DNA of 64,000 nucleotides from an uncultured delta proteobacterium (GCA_963828255.1 CAWHDZ010000034.1:1-64000), one strand, 5' to 3'. Numbered from the stretch's first letter, positions 42,305 to 53,168 are shown. Program-made: numbers and translations. Notes: a model not told the origin generated them from the sequence alone.

Positions 42305-43848
42305 CCGACACCCCGGGGCGCTTCCTCGACGCGGCCGCGCTCCGGAAGGACGTGGACGACCGGCCCGACGTCTGCGTGGTGGGCTCCGGGCCGGGCGGCG
42401 CGGTGGTGGCGGCGCGCCTGGCCGCGCGCGGGCTGCGGGTCACGGTGCTGGAGGAGGGCGGCCGCTTCCCCCCCGACCAGATGAAGATGGACGAGTCCTG
42501 GGCCTATCCCGCCATGTACCAGGACCGGGGCATGCGGGCCACGGCCGACCTGGCCATCACCGTCCTGCAGGGGCGGGGCGTGGGGGGCGGCACCCTGATC
42601 AACTGGACCACGAGCTTCCGCACCCCGCCGCGGGTGCTGCGCCACTGGGCCCAGGCCTTCGGCGTGACCGGGCTCGACGAGAAGGCCCTCGAGCCCCACT
42701 TCGACGCGGTGGAGCGGCGCCTCTCCATCGCCCCCTGGCCCATCGAGGCCGCCAACGAGAACAACAAGGTCCTCTGGGACGGGGCCGGCAAGCTGGGGTG
42801 GGACCGCGAGACGACCCGCCGCAACGTGACCGGCTGCCAGTCGCTCGGCTTCTGCGGGACGGGCTGCCCGGTCGGCGCCAAGAACTCGCTCGACCTCACC
42901 TACCTCGAGGACGCCGTGAAGGCCGGGGCCAAGGTCTACGCCCGGGCCCGGGTGGTGCGGCTCGAGAAGGCGGGGCGGCGCATCGCCGCGGTCCACGCGG
43001 TGGCCCTCGACGCGAACTTCCGCCCCACGGCGCGCAAGGTGGTGGTCCGGCCGCGCCTCGTGGTGCTCGCCGCCGGGGCCATCGGCACGCCGGAGATCCT
43101 GCTCCGCAGCGGCTACGACCCGAACGGCAAGGTGGGGCGACGAACCTTCCTCCACCCGGTGGTGGGGAGCGCCGGCTTCTTCTCCCGCCCCATCCTCCCC
43201 TTCTACGGAGCCCCCCAGTCGGTGGCCAGCCACCACTTCGCCGAGCGGGGAGGCGGGAAGGTCTCCTTCTTCCTCGAGGCCGCGCCGGTCCACCCGGTCC
43301 TGGCGGCCACCTCCTTCGGCGGCTTCGGGGCCGAGCAGCAGGACCAGATGGCGCGGATGGCCAGCGCCAGCGCCCTCATCGCGCTGGCCGTGGACGGGTT
43401 CCTCCCCGAGGAGAAGGGGGGGACGGTCTCGCTGCGCACCGACGGGCGGGTCCGGCTCGACTACGAGATCCGCCCGGAGATCTGGGAGGCGCTGCGCGAG
43501 GGCTCGAAGGCGCTGGCCCGCGTCCAGTTCGCCGCCGGCGCCACCGAGGTCCGCTCCTTCCACGAGGATCCGGTGGTGATGCGCGGCGAGGGCGACGTGG
43601 GGCTCCTCGACCGGGCCCGCTGGGAGCCGAACCGGGTGGCGGTCTTCAGCGCCCACCCCATGGGCGGCTGCCCCATGGGGCGCGACCCGGAGAAGAGCGT
43701 GGTGGACTCGCGCCTCAAGGTGCACTGGCTCGACAACGTCTGGATCACCGACGGCTCGGTCTTCCCCACCTCCCTGGGCGTGAACCCCATGGAGTCGATC
43801 CTGGGCGTGGCCCACTGGGCCTCCGACCACATCGCCGGGGCGACGTAG
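42301..43848 (+). CDS. GMC family FAD oxidoreductase
   Basis: VVGSGPGG, LEEG, GVGGGTLIN, CQSLGFCGTGC, AAGAIGTP, SAHPMGGC, DGSVFPTSLGVNP. Confidence 0.9.
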   Translation: MTDTPGRFLDAAALRKDVDDRPDVCVVGSGPGGAVVAARLAARGLRVTVLEEGGRFPPDQMKMDESWAYPAMYQDRGMRATADLAITVLQGRGVGGGTLINWTTSFRTPPRVLRHWAQAFGVTGLDEKALEPHFDAVERRLSIAPWPIEAANENNKVLWDGAGKLGWDRETTRRNVTGCQSLGFCGTGCPVGAKNSLDLTYLEDAVKAGAKVYARARVVRLEKAGRRIAAVHAVALDANFRPTARKVVVRPRLVVLAAGAIGTPEILLRSGYDPNGKVGRRTFLHPVVGSAGFFSRPILPFYGAPQSVASHHFAERGGGKVSFFLEAAPVHPVLAATSFGGFGAEQQDQMARMASASALIALAVDGFLPEEKGGTVSLRTDGRVRLDYEIRPEIWEALREGSKALARVQFAAGATEVRSFHEDPVVMRGEGDVGLLDRARWEPNRVAVFSAHPMGGCPMGRDPEKSVVDSRLKVHWLDNVWITDGSVFPTSLGVNPMESILGVAHWASDHIAGAT

Positions 43849-43922
43849 CGCCCGTCGCTTGACTCGGCTCGCCCGATCGGGTTCCGATCGCCCCCTTTCC
43901 TTCGCGAAGGGGCACCACACCG

Positions 43923-45284
43923 ATGCAGACCAAGTACCTCCTGTCCGAGAACCAGATCCCCACCCACTGGTACAACGTCATCCCCGACCTCCCCGGGCCG
44001 ATGTCGCCGGTGCTCCACCCCGGCACGAAGCAGCCCGTCACCCCCGCCGACCTGCTCCCCCTCTTCCCCATGGGGCTCATCGAGCAGGAGATGAGCCCTG
44101 AACGCTGGGTGAAGATCCCCGACGAGGTCCGCGAGATCTACCGGATCTGGCGCCCCAGCCCGCTCTTCCGCGCCCACCGGCTCGAGAAGGCGCTCGGCAC
44201 CCCGGCCCGCATCTACTACAAGTACGAGGGGGTCTCGCCGGCCGGGTCGCACAAGCCCAACACGGCGGTGCCCCAGGCCTACTACAACAAGATCGGCGGA
44301 ACGAAGCGCATCGCCAGCGAGACCGGCGCCGGGCAGTGGGGAAGCTCCATCGCGCTGGCCTGCAAGATGTTCGGCCTCGAGTGCACCGTCTACATGGTGA
44401 AGGTGAGCTTCGAGCAGAAGCCCTACCGCAAGAGCATGATGCAGCTCTGGGGCGCCGAGGTCATCCCCTCGCCCTCCCCCCGCACCAACGCCGGGCGGGG
44501 CATCCTGGCCCGAGACCCGGACAGCCAGGGCTCGCTGGGCATCGCCATCAGCGAGGCGGTGGAGGACGCCGCCACCCGCGAGGACACCCGCTACGCGCTG
44601 GGCAGCGTGCTGAACCACGTCTGCATGCACCAGACCGTCATCGGCCTCGAGTCGAAGGAGCAGATGAAGCTGGCCGGCGACACCCCGGACGTGGTCATCG
44701 GCTGCCACGGCGGCGGCTCCAACTTCGCCGGCATCGCCTTCCCCTACGTGGCCGACAAGGCCACCGGTTCCAAGGTGCGGCTCATCGCCGCCGAGCCCAG
44801 CTCCTGCCCCACGCTCACCAAGGGCGTCTACGCCTTCGACTACGGCGACACCGCCCAGATGGCCCCCATCTCCCACATGTACACGCTGGGTCACGACTTC
44901 ATGCCCCCGGGGATCCACGCCGGAGGGCTGCGCTACCACGGCGCCTCGCCGCTGGTCTCCCAGCTCGTGAACGCCGGGATCATCGAGGCCCGCGCCGTCG
45001 GCCAGATGGCGGTCTTCGAGGCCGCGGTGACCTTCGCGCGCACCGAGGCCATCATCCCGGCCCCCGAGTCCTCCCACGCCATCCGGGTGGCCATCGACGA
45101 GGCCCTGCAGGCAAAGCAGGAGGGGAAGGAGAAGGTCATCCTCTTCAATCTCTCCGGCCACGGACACGTGGACATGGCGGCCTACGACGCCTACTTCTCC
45201 GGCAAGCTGGAGGACTTCGAGTACCCGGCCGAGCGGGTGAAGGAGTCGCTGGCCCACCTGCCGAAGGTCGAGTTCGCGAGGTGA
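43923..45284 (+). CDS. trpB2: TrpB2-type tryptophan synthase beta-like PLP enzyme (no trpA adjacent)
   Basis: [65 protein letters not shown]. Confidence 0.92.
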   Translation: MQTKYLLSENQIPTHWYNVIPDLPGPMSPVLHPGTKQPVTPADLLPLFPMGLIEQEMSPERWVKIPDEVREIYRIWRPSPLFRAHRLEKALGTPARIYYKYEGVSPAGSHKPNTAVPQAYYNKIGGTKRIASETGAGQWGSSIALACKMFGLECTVYMVKVSFEQKPYRKSMMQLWGAEVIPSPSPRTNAGRGILARDPDSQGSLGIAISEAVEDAATREDTRYALGSVLNHVCMHQTVIGLESKEQMKLAGDTPDVVIGCHGGGSNFAGIAFPYVADKATGSKVRLIAAEPSSCPTLTKGVYAFDYGDTAQMAPISHMYTLGHDFMPPGIHAGGLRYHGASPLVSQLVNAGIIEARAVGQMAVFEAAVTFARTEAIIPAPESSHAIRVAIDEALQAKQEGKEKVILFNLSGHGHVDMAAYDAYFSGKLEDFEYPAERVKESLAHLPKVEFAR

Positions 45285-45333
45285 ACCCCGCGCGACCCGT
45301 CCTCGTCCGGGTTCAACGCGCTCGAGAAGCGCG

Positions 45334-45825
45334 TCACCGCGCTGGTGATGGCAGAGCAGGACCGCCACGAGCGGGACGAGCGGGGCGCCCCGGCAGGTTG
45401 ACGGGCGCGTCGGTGTAGTCGGGGAGCATCTCGACGAAGGCGCGGAAGTGCTCGAGCCCCACGCCGCCCGGCCCCTCCGCCGAGCGCACCGGGAACCCTC
45501 CTCCGGGCACGAGCAGGATGGCCTCGCCGCGGCGCGGGTCCACCAGCACCGCGCGGATGTCGTCCCAGCGCACCGCGTGGAGCACGCTCCCGTCGCCACG
45601 CACGCGCCGGATCCCGGTCCCGTCGAGGACCAGCACTCCCAGTCGCGCCGCCTCGTCCCGGCGCGCCACCCAGAGCAGCGCGCCGGCCGCCGCGGCGGGC
45701 GCCGGGAGCAGCGGCGAGAGCGATCCGGCCTCGGGGGCGAGGAGCGCCGCCAGCGTGCCGCAGAGCGCCGCGCCCACGATGAGGGCCACGGGCGCGAGCG
45801 AGAAGGAGCGGTACCGGAAGGTCAT
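45334..45825 (-). CDS. Hypothetical membrane protein (2 TM plus small soluble domain)
   Basis: Two hydrophobic segments then LVLDGTGIR..VRWDDIRAV; fills the gap between trpB2 and mraZ. Confidence 0.6.
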   Translation of the reverse strand: MTFRYRSFSLAPVALIVGAALCGTLAALLAPEAGSLSPLLPAPAAAAGALLWVARRDEAARLGVLVLDGTGIRRVRGDGSVLHAVRWDDIRAVLVDPRRGEAILLVPGGGFPVRSAEGPGGVGLEHFRAFVEMLPDYTDAPVNLPGRPARPARGGPALPSPAR

Positions 45826-46001
45826 GGGTGGTGAACGTCGGGGCGTCGGAGCGACGATCCTCCCGGTATCGCCCGGGCGCCAGTTTTCAGGCCGCCTCCG
45901 CCCCCTCCCCACCGGTTGCGTGTAGGTACCGCTCCTCCCCCTATCCCTCGTTCACCGGCTAGACGTCTGAGCAGTGCAAGCATCGGTATCTCCGAGCCTT
46001 C

Positions 46002-46065
46002 TTGACTTCCGGGGCCCGATCTTCGTAGATCGACCCGTCGGTGGGAAAAAGTGTCACCCAGCGGA
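46002..46065 (+). promoter_or_regulatory. Probable dcw promoter (TTGACT-18nt-TAGATC) followed by 10-bp-spaced GTGGG/GTGTC/GCGGA boxes (MraZ-operator-like)
   Basis: Boxes start at 46041, 46051 and 46061; MraZ is known to bind GTG(G)-type repeats with 10-bp period. Confidence 0.45.
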
Positions 46066-46090
46066 TCTTGGTGTCAGGATCGGTCAGGCC

Positions 46091-46522
46091 GTGTTCTTCG
46101 GGAACTTCCAGCATTCGATCGACGCGAAGGGGCGAACCAGCCTCCCGGTGAAGTTCCGGGAAGCGCTCGCCGCGGCGGGCGAGCCGAAGCTGGTGCTCAC
46201 CCAGTACCCGTACTGGCGGGCCGTGCAGGCGCTCCCGCAGTCGGTGTGGAAGGAGCTCGAGAAGAAGGTGCTCACCACGAGCCCCCTCGACGCCCGCGCC
46301 CAGCGCAACATCCTGCGCTTCTACTCCTCCGCCCACGAGGTGGACCTCGACGTCCACGGCCGCGTCCTGGTGCCGCCCATCCTCCGCGACTTCGCCCAGC
46401 TCTCGAAGGACGTGGTCTGGGTCGGCATGGGGCGCACCATCCAGCTCTTCGACCGCGCCGCCTACGACGAGCAGATGCTGCAGGACATCCCCCCCGGCGA
46501 CGTCGTGGACTTCTTCGGATAG
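46091..46522 (+). CDS. mraZ: Division/cell wall cluster transcriptional repressor MraZ
   Basis: [24 protein letters not shown]; first gene of the dcw cluster. Confidence 0.93.
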   Translation: MFFGNFQHSIDAKGRTSLPVKFREALAAAGEPKLVLTQYPYWRAVQALPQSVWKELEKKVLTTSPLDARAQRNILRFYSSAHEVDLDVHGRVLVPPILRDFAQLSKDVVWVGMGRTIQLFDRAAYDEQMLQDIPPGDVVDFFG

Positions 46523-46525
46523 GCC

Positions 46526-46825
46526 ATGCACGTCCTCCGCGAACAGGCCGGCGTCACCGTGCTCCGCTGCTACGGGGAGCTCCCGCTCGCCGAGCTGGTC
46601 TCGGTCGCGGCCGCCGCGGCGCGGGCCCGCGCCGGCGGGAGCCTCGTGGTCGTGGACCTCTCCCGCGTCCGCCACCTCCACTACGCCGGGGCGCGGCTGC
46701 TCCGCGAGGTCCCCGGGCTGCGCCTGGCCGGCGCGAGCCCCTACCTGCGCGACCTCGTGCACGCCGGCGGCGGATTCGGCGTCGAGTTCCACCCCGACCT
46801 GGCCCACGCCCTGGAGGCCGGGTGA
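46526..46825 (+). CDS. Small STAS-like (anti-sigma-factor antagonist fold) protein
   Basis: [39 protein letters not shown]; fills the mraZ-rsmH gap exactly. Confidence 0.72.
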   Translation: MHVLREQAGVTVLRCYGELPLAELVSVAAAAARARAGGSLVVVDLSRVRHLHYAGARLLREVPGLRLAGASPYLRDLVHAGGGFGVEFHPDLAHALEAG

Positions 46826-47757
46826 CCGGGTTCGCGCATGAAACCGTTCTCCAGAGCGAGGTCGTCCTGCTGCTCGCACCCCGCGAGGGCGCGCTCATCC
46901 TCGACGGCACCCTGGGCGGCGGCGGCCACTCCGAGGCGCTGCTCGAGCAGGGGGCGCGCGTGATCGGCACCGACCGCGACCCGCGCGCCATCGCCGCCGC
47001 GAAGGCCCGCCTGGCCCGCTTCGGCGAGGCCTTCCGCGCCGTGCGCGCCGACTTCCGCGACGCCGAGGGCGTGCTCCGCTCGCTGGGGATCGAACGGGTG
47101 GACGGGGCGCTCGTGGACCTGGGCGTCTCCTCTCCGCAGCTCGACGTGGGGGAGCGCGGCTTCTCCTTCTCCCGCCCCGGCCCGCTCGACATGCGGATGT
47201 CCGGCGAGGGGGAGACGCTCGCCGAGCTCCTCGAGCGCGCCGACGTGCGCGAGCTGACCCGCATCCTGCGCGAGTACGGCGAGGAGCCGTTCGCCCGCCC
47301 CATCGCCCGCGCCATCCGCGCCACCGTCGAGAAGCACGGCGCCCACTCCCTCGACACCGCCCGGCTCGCCGAGGTGGTGGCCGGCGCCATCCCGCGAAAG
47401 GCCTGGCCTCGCAGCATCCACCCGGCCACCCGCACCTTCCAGGCGCTGCGCATCGCCGTGAACGACGAGCTGGGGGCGCTGGCCGCCTGGCTCGAGGCGC
47501 TCCCGCGCGTGCTCGGCAAGGGTGGCCGCGCCGCCGCCGTGAGCTTCCACTCGCTGGAGGACCGGATGGTGAAGCGGGCCTTCCAGTCGCTCACCCGGGA
47601 GTGCACCTGCCCGCCGGGGTTCCCGGTGTGCCGCTGCGGCTCCGACCCCGAGTTCCGCCAGGTCACGAGGAAGGCGGTCACCGCCTCCGCGGCCGAGGTG
47701 GCCAGGAACCCCCGCTCCCGCAGCGCGAAGCTCCGCGCGGTGGTGAAGGTCCGGTGA
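46822..47757 (+). CDS. rsmH: 16S rRNA m4C1402 methyltransferase RsmH (MraW)
   Basis: [63 protein letters not shown]. Confidence 0.96.
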   Translation: MTGFAHETVLQSEVVLLLAPREGALILDGTLGGGGHSEALLEQGARVIGTDRDPRAIAAAKARLARFGEAFRAVRADFRDAEGVLRSLGIERVDGALVDLGVSSPQLDVGERGFSFSRPGPLDMRMSGEGETLAELLERADVRELTRILREYGEEPFARPIARAIRATVEKHGAHSLDTARLAEVVAGAIPRKAWPRSIHPATRTFQALRIAVNDELGALAAWLEALPRVLGKGGRAAAVSFHSLEDRMVKRAFQSLTRECTCPPGFPVCRCGSDPEFRQVTRKAVTASAAEVARNPRSRSAKLRAVVKVR

Positions 47758-48188
47758 GGGGCTCCGGACGCGCGGGCGGCCCGACCGCCGTGCTGCTCGG
47801 GCTCCTGCTCGCGGCGCCGCTCCTCGGCGTCGGGCTCTTCCACGTGTGGTCGCGGACCCGCGTGCAGGCGACCGGCTACGCGCTGGGACGGCTGGAATCG
47901 GAGCACCGGCAGCTCCTCTCGGAGCGGGACCGGCTGAACCTCGAGGTTGCGACGTTGCGCTCGCCGGGCCGCCTGGAGCGGTTCGCACGCGAGCGACTGG
48001 GCATGGCTCCGCCGGCACCGGGTGCGGTGATGGCGGGTATGGCGGGCGGGAAGGTACGGGTTGGTGGGGTTGGCGACGGGGCAGATCAACGACCCGGCCC
48101 GGCGGAGCCAGATGTGAAGGAGCAGTCCAGGCGGCGGGAGGCCCGCAGCGGCCCCCTCGCGCGCGCGCCCGAGGCGGCGCGCCCCTGA
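47754..48188 (+). CDS. ftsL: Cell division protein FtsL
   Basis: Single TM, heptad coiled coil, [17 protein letters not shown]; position rsmH-ftsL-ftsI. Confidence 0.85.
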   Translation: MRGSGRAGGPTAVLLGLLLAAPLLGVGLFHVWSRTRVQATGYALGRLESEHRQLLSERDRLNLEVATLRSPGRLERFARERLGMAPPAPGAVMAGMAGGKVRVGGVGDGADQRPGPAEPDVKEQSRRREARSGPLARAPEAARP

Positions 48189-48194
48189 GGGGCG

Positions 48195-50204
48195 ATGCGC
48201 GCCGGGATCGAGCCCCGCACCGCGCGCTGGATGGCGATCCGCATCGGGATCGTCGCCTTGGCGTTCGCGGTGGGCTTCGTGGTGGTGGCGGCCCGCGCGG
48301 TCCAGCTCCAGATCCTGCAGGGCGACCGGCTCGGCGGCATGGCCCGCGACCAGTACCTGCGCGAGCTGACCCAGAAGCCGCGGCGCGGGACCATCACCGA
48401 CCGCAACGGCGCGGTGCTGGCCGGCAACGCCGAGGTCGACTCGATCTTCGTCGATCCCCGCACCTTCCCGGCCGGCGCCCGGACCCGCGACCTCGTCCGT
48501 CTCGGGAAGGCGCTGCAACTCGACCAGAAGGTGCTCGAGAAGAAGGTGGCGAAGGGCGCGCGCTTCGCCTGGGTGAAGCGCCGGGTCTCCCCGGCCGAGG
48601 CGGAGCAGGTCCGCGCCATGAAGCTCGCCGGGGTCGGCTTCGTGAAGGAGACCCGCCGCTACTACCCGCGCCGCGAGCTGGCCGGCCAGATCCTGGGCTT
48701 CGTCGGCGACGACGGAGAGGGGCTGGAGGGGGTCGAGAAGTCCTGGGACGAGTCGCTGCAGGGGGAGGCCATGCGGCTGCCCTCGCTGCGCGACGCGCGC
48801 GGGGCCCACCTGCTCGCCGCCGGGCCGGCGCCGGAGCGGGTGCTGGAGGGCGCGCGGGTCGAGCTGACCATCGACCAGGGGCTCCAGAACGCCGCCGAGC
48901 GGGCGCTGGTCCAGGCCGTCGCGCAAGCGCGTGCGGCGTCGGGGATGGCCGTGGCCATCGACCCGGCCACCGGCGAGATCCTGGCGCTGGCCACCGCGCC
49001 GCTGCTCAACCCCAACGCGCCCCGCAAGGAGGACCTTCGCAACCGCGCCGTCCTCGACACCTTCGAGGTGGGATCGACGGCCAAGGCCATCGTGCTGGCC
49101 CGCGCCCTCGACGAGGGGGCCATCACGCCGACCGGGCCGATCTTCTGCGAGAACGGTCGCTGGCCCATCGGCAAGCACACCATCCACGACCACAAGGGGC
49201 TCGGCTGGGCCCCGCCGGCGCGCGTGATGGCGGCGAGCTCCAACATCGGCGCGGCGAAGGTGGGAGGGAAGCTCGGCCGGGAGCGGCTGCAGCAGGCCTT
49301 CCTGGCCTTCGGCTTCGGCGAGCGGACCCAGGTCGGGGTCCCCGGCGAGCCCCGCGGCCAGATCCCCTTCCCGAAGGCCGAGATCTCGCTCGCCAACATG
49401 AGCTTCGGCCAGGGCCTCACCGCGACCCCGCTCCAGATCACCCTCGCCATGGGCGCCATCGCCAACCGCGGCATCCTCATGAAGCCCTGGCTCGTCCGGC
49501 GCGTCGTGGACCCGGTCTCGGGCGACATCCTCTCCGAGGCGGTGCCGACCCCGGTCCGGCGCGTGGTCTCGGCCGAGACCGCGGCGCAGGTCTCCCTCTG
49601 GCTGGAGGGGGTGGTCTCCGACGCCGACGGAACGGGCAAGAAGGCCCGGCTCGAGGGCTGGCGCGTGGCCGGGAAGACCGGCACGGCGCAGAAGGCCGAC
49701 GCCGCCACCGGTGGATACTCGGCCGACAAGCGCTTCTCCTCCTTCGTGGGCTACGCGCCGGCCAACGCGCCCCGGGTGGTCATCGGGGTCTTCATCGACG
49801 AGCCGAAGGGGGACGTCTACGGCGGGGACGTGGCCGCCCCGGTGTTCCGCGAGCTGACCGAGCACGCGCTCAAGGCGCGTGGGGTCCCCACCACCGGCGG
49901 CGCGCTGGCGGCGCTCGCTGCCCCCCTTCCGGTCCCCGCGGCGGACGCCGCTCCCGACCGGGACGAGGGGCTCACGCTCCCCTCGGTCGAGGTTCCCGCG
50001 CGCCGGGCCTCTCCCGAAGCGGGCGCCGTGGCGGTGCCGGTCGTCCAGGGACTCCCGGCCCGGGCCGCCCTGCGAAGGCTCGAGTCGGCCGACCTGGCCG
50101 GGGACATCCGGGGAAGCGGCCGGGTGACCGCGCAGGCTCCCCGCGCCGGGGAGGTCGTGAAGCGGGGGACGCGGGTCCGCCTCACGCTGGCGCCTCCGGG
50201 TTGA
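48195..50204 (+). CDS. ftsI: Class B penicillin-binding protein FtsI with C-terminal PASTA domain
   Basis: RGTITDRNG, RYYP, GLEGVE, GSTAK (SxxK), SSN, KTGTAQK. Confidence 0.93.
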   Translation: MRAGIEPRTARWMAIRIGIVALAFAVGFVVVAARAVQLQILQGDRLGGMARDQYLRELTQKPRRGTITDRNGAVLAGNAEVDSIFVDPRTFPAGARTRDLVRLGKALQLDQKVLEKKVAKGARFAWVKRRVSPAEAEQVRAMKLAGVGFVKETRRYYPRRELAGQILGFVGDDGEGLEGVEKSWDESLQGEAMRLPSLRDARGAHLLAAGPAPERVLEGARVELTIDQGLQNAAERALVQAVAQARAASGMAVAIDPATGEILALATAPLLNPNAPRKEDLRNRAVLDTFEVGSTAKAIVLARALDEGAITPTGPIFCENGRWPIGKHTIHDHKGLGWAPPARVMAASSNIGAAKVGGKLGRERLQQAFLAFGFGERTQVGVPGEPRGQIPFPKAEISLANMSFGQGLTATPLQITLAMGAIANRGILMKPWLVRRVVDPVSGDILSEAVPTPVRRVVSAETAAQVSLWLEGVVSDADGTGKKARLEGWRVAGKTGTAQKADAATGGYSADKRFSSFVGYAPANAPRVVIGVFIDEPKGDVYGGDVAAPVFRELTEHALKARGVPTTGGALAALAAPLPVPAADAAPDRDEGLTLPSVEVPARRASPEAGAVAVPVVQGLPARAALRRLESADLAGDIRGSGRVTAQAPRAGEVVKRGTRVRLTLAPPG

Positions 50205-50286
50205 CCCCCGCGGAATTCGGGAGCAAAAAGCTGCTCCCGATATCGCACCGGGCTACGCTCCCGGGCAGGTCGGGAAGGGCGAGAAC

Positions 50287-51780
50287 ATGCTGCTGTCCAG
50301 GGTCATCGTAGGCACCGGCGCGTCGCTCGGGCAGGCGCCCGACGCCGAGGTGTCGGCGGTGACCTCTGATTCACGGAGAGTGAAACCAGGCGCGCTCTTC
50401 GTGGCCGTCCCCGGGGCCCGCGCCGACGGGGCCGACTTCGCCCCGGCCGCGGTCCGGTCCGGAGCGGTGGCCGTGCTGGCCGAGCGCCCCCTCGACTGCC
50501 CACCTTCGCCGGTGCTGCTCGTCCCCTCGGCGCGAAGGGCGCTGGCCATCGCCGCCGGGAACCTGCACGGGCGCCCCGGCGAGCGGCTCGCCCTCTGCGG
50601 CGTCACCGGCACCAAGGGGAAGACCACCGTCACCTACCTCGTCGAGGCCTGCGCCGCGGCGGCCGGCGTCGCCACCGGCGTCGTCGGCACGGTGAACGTC
50701 CGCCTCCCGGGGCGCACCCTCCCCTCCTCGCACACCACGCCCGACGCCGCCGAGCTCCAGGAGTTCCTGGCCGCCATGCTGGAGGCGGGCGCGCGCCTGG
50801 GCATCCTGGAGGTCTCCTCCCACGCCCTCGACCAGGAGCGGGTGGCCGGACTCCCCTTCCGCGCCGCCGGCTTCACCAACCTGGGGCGCGACCACCTCGA
50901 CTACCACCCGGACGTGGAGTCCTACTTCCAGGCCAAGCGGCGCCTCTTCACCGAGGGTCTCAGCAGCGACGGGGTGGCGGTGGTCAACGCCGGCGACGCC
51001 CACGGGGCCCTCCTCGCGGCCGGGCTGCGCGCCGCCGGGCGGACGGTGTGGCGCTTCGGCGTCCCCGGCGCCGAGATCGCGCCCCGGTCGGTGGCCATCG
51101 ACCTGTCGGGGATCCGCACGGTTCTGGCGACGCCGGCCGGCGAGGTGGCGCTGTCGTCGCCGCTGGTGGGCGCGCACAACCTCGAGAACCTCATGCTCGC
51201 CGCGGGCCTGGCGCTCGCGGTCGGGCTTCCGGTCGAGGCGGTCTCGGCCGGCCTCTCCGCCTCGCGCGGCGCCCCGGGACGCCTCGAGCGCATCGACGGT
51301 CGCGGGGTGTCGGCCTTCGTCGACTACGCCCACACGCCCGACTCGCTCTCCGCCGCCTGCGCGGCCGTCCGCGCCCTCTCGCCGCGCCGGCTCGTCGTGG
51401 TCTTCGGCTGCGGCGGCGACCGGGACCGGGGCAAGCGGCCGCTCATGGGGCGCGCCGCCGGCCTGGCCGCCGACCTGGTGGTGGTGACGAGCGACAACCC
51501 GCGCACCGAGGATCCCCGGGCCATCCTCGACGCCATCGTACCGGGAGTGGAGGAGGCCGGGCTCTGCCGCCTCTCCCGCGAGCGGCTGCTCGCCGGGGAG
51601 CGGGGCTACCTGGTCGAGGAGGACCGGCGGGCCGCCATCGCGCTGGCGCTCTCCGCCGCCCGCCCTGGCGACGCGGTGCTCATCGCCGGCAAGGGGCACG
51701 AGGACTACCAGATCGTGGGAACCGAGCGGCGCCCCTTCGACGATCGGGAGGAGGCCCGCCGGGGCCTCGAGGCCGCGTGA
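50287..51780 (+). CDS. murE: UDP-MurNAc-dipeptide--diaminopimelate ligase
   Basis: DSRRV, VTGTKGKTT, HTTPD, EVSSHAL, DHLDYH, DYAHTPD, DNPR (DAP specificity), GKGHE. Confidence 0.95.
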   Translation: MLLSRVIVGTGASLGQAPDAEVSAVTSDSRRVKPGALFVAVPGARADGADFAPAAVRSGAVAVLAERPLDCPPSPVLLVPSARRALAIAAGNLHGRPGERLALCGVTGTKGKTTVTYLVEACAAAAGVATGVVGTVNVRLPGRTLPSSHTTPDAAELQEFLAAMLEAGARLGILEVSSHALDQERVAGLPFRAAGFTNLGRDHLDYHPDVESYFQAKRRLFTEGLSSDGVAVVNAGDAHGALLAAGLRAAGRTVWRFGVPGAEIAPRSVAIDLSGIRTVLATPAGEVALSSPLVGAHNLENLMLAAGLALAVGLPVEAVSAGLSASRGAPGRLERIDGRGVSAFVDYAHTPDSLSAACAAVRALSPRRLVVVFGCGGDRDRGKRPLMGRAAGLAADLVVVTSDNPRTEDPRAILDAIVPGVEEAGLCRLSRERLLAGERGYLVEEDRRAAIALALSAARPGDAVLIAGKGHEDYQIVGTERRPFDDREEARRGLEAA

Positions 51781-53168
51781 GCCCCGGACCCTCGTTCACC
51801 GCAGGTGAACTGGCGGCGGCCACCGGCGGCCGCTGGCTGGGCGACCGCCCGGCCCCGGTCGCGGGGATCTCCACCGACACCCGCGCCATCCTGGCCGGCA
51901 GCGCTTTCCTGGCCCTGCGCGGCGAGCGCTTCGACGGGCACGACTTCCTCGCCGAGGCGGCCCGGTCGGGGGCCTCCTGCGCGGTGGTGGCCCGCGGGCG
52001 CGCCGTGGCGGGGCCGCCGGAGCTTCCGCTCCTCGAGGTCGAGGACACGCTCCCGGCCCTCGGCGCCATCGCCCGCCTGCACCGGCTGCGCTTCTCCATC
52101 CCGGTGGTTGGCGTCACCGGCTCGAACGGCAAGACCACCACCCGCGAGATGATCGCCGGCATCCTGGCCACGCGCGGCCCGGTGCTCGCGACCGAGGGCA
52201 ACCTGAACAACGAGGTGGGGGTGCCGCTGACGCTCCTGCGGCTCGGCTCCTCCCACACCGCGGCGGTGATCGAGATGGGCATGAGCCACCGGGGCGAGAT
52301 TGGCCGGCTCACCGCCATGGCCGAGCCGCGCGTGGGCGTGGTGACGAATGCCTTCCCGGCCCACCTCGAGGGGCTCGGCTCGGTGGACGGCGTGGCCGAG
52401 GCCAAGGGGGAGCTCTACAAGGGGCTGCCCGCCAGCGGCATCGTCATCGCCAACGCCGACGACCCGCGCATGCTGCACCGGGCCCGCAAGTCGGGGCGCC
52501 GCGTCCTCACCTTCTCGGGAGGCGGCGCGAAGGGGGCCGACGTGTCGGTCCTCTCCGTCCTGTCGCAGGACCCGGAGGGCATGCGCTTCCTGCTCGGCAT
52601 CGGCACGAAGGAGGTCGAGGTGCGCCTCCCGCTGGTGGGTCGGCACAACGCCGTGAACGCCGCGGCCGCGGCCGCAGCCGCGCTCTCGCTGGGGTGCAGC
52701 GACCGCGAGATCGTCCGCGGCCTGGCCGGGGTGCGCCCGGTGGGGCGGCGCCTGCGCGTGGAGCGGCTCCCCTCCGGCGTGCTGCTGGTGGACGACTGCT
52801 ACAACGCCAACCCGGCCTCGATGAAGGCGGCCCTGCTCACCCTGCGGGAGCTGGCCGGCCCGGGGCGCGCGCTCGCCGCGCTCGGCGACATGCTCGAGCT
52901 CGGCCCCACCGAGGACGAGCTGCACCGGGAGCTGGGCAGGGACGCCGCCGCCGCGGGGCTCGCCGCCCTGGCCACCTTCGGACCGCGCGCCCGGCTGGCC
53001 CGCCTGGCCGCGCTCGAGGCCGGCATGAACCCGTCCGACACCTTCCACACCGAGGATCCCCTGCCGCTCGTCGCGTTCGTGCGCGAGCGGCTCCGCCCCG
53101 GCGACGTGCTCCTCGTGAAGGGGAGCCGGGGGATGAAGCTCGAGAGACTCGTCGAGGCCCTGCGCTAG
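51777..53168 (+). CDS. murF: UDP-MurNAc-tripeptide--D-Ala-D-Ala ligase
   Basis: STDTR, FDGHDF, TGSNGKTT, NLNNEVGVP, EMGM, DCYNANP, DMLELG, KGSRG. Confidence 0.95.
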   Translation: MSPGPSFTAGELAAATGGRWLGDRPAPVAGISTDTRAILAGSAFLALRGERFDGHDFLAEAARSGASCAVVARGRAVAGPPELPLLEVEDTLPALGAIARLHRLRFSIPVVGVTGSNGKTTTREMIAGILATRGPVLATEGNLNNEVGVPLTLLRLGSSHTAAVIEMGMSHRGEIGRLTAMAEPRVGVVTNAFPAHLEGLGSVDGVAEAKGELYKGLPASGIVIANADDPRMLHRARKSGRRVLTFSGGGAKGADVSVLSVLSQDPEGMRFLLGIGTKEVEVRLPLVGRHNAVNAAAAAAAALSLGCSDREIVRGLAGVRPVGRRLRVERLPSGVLLVDDCYNANPASMKAALLTLRELAGPGRALAALGDMLELGPTEDELHRELGRDAAAAGLAALATFGPRARLARLAALEAGMNPSDTFHTEDPLPLVAFVRERLRPGDVLLVKGSRGMKLERLVEALR

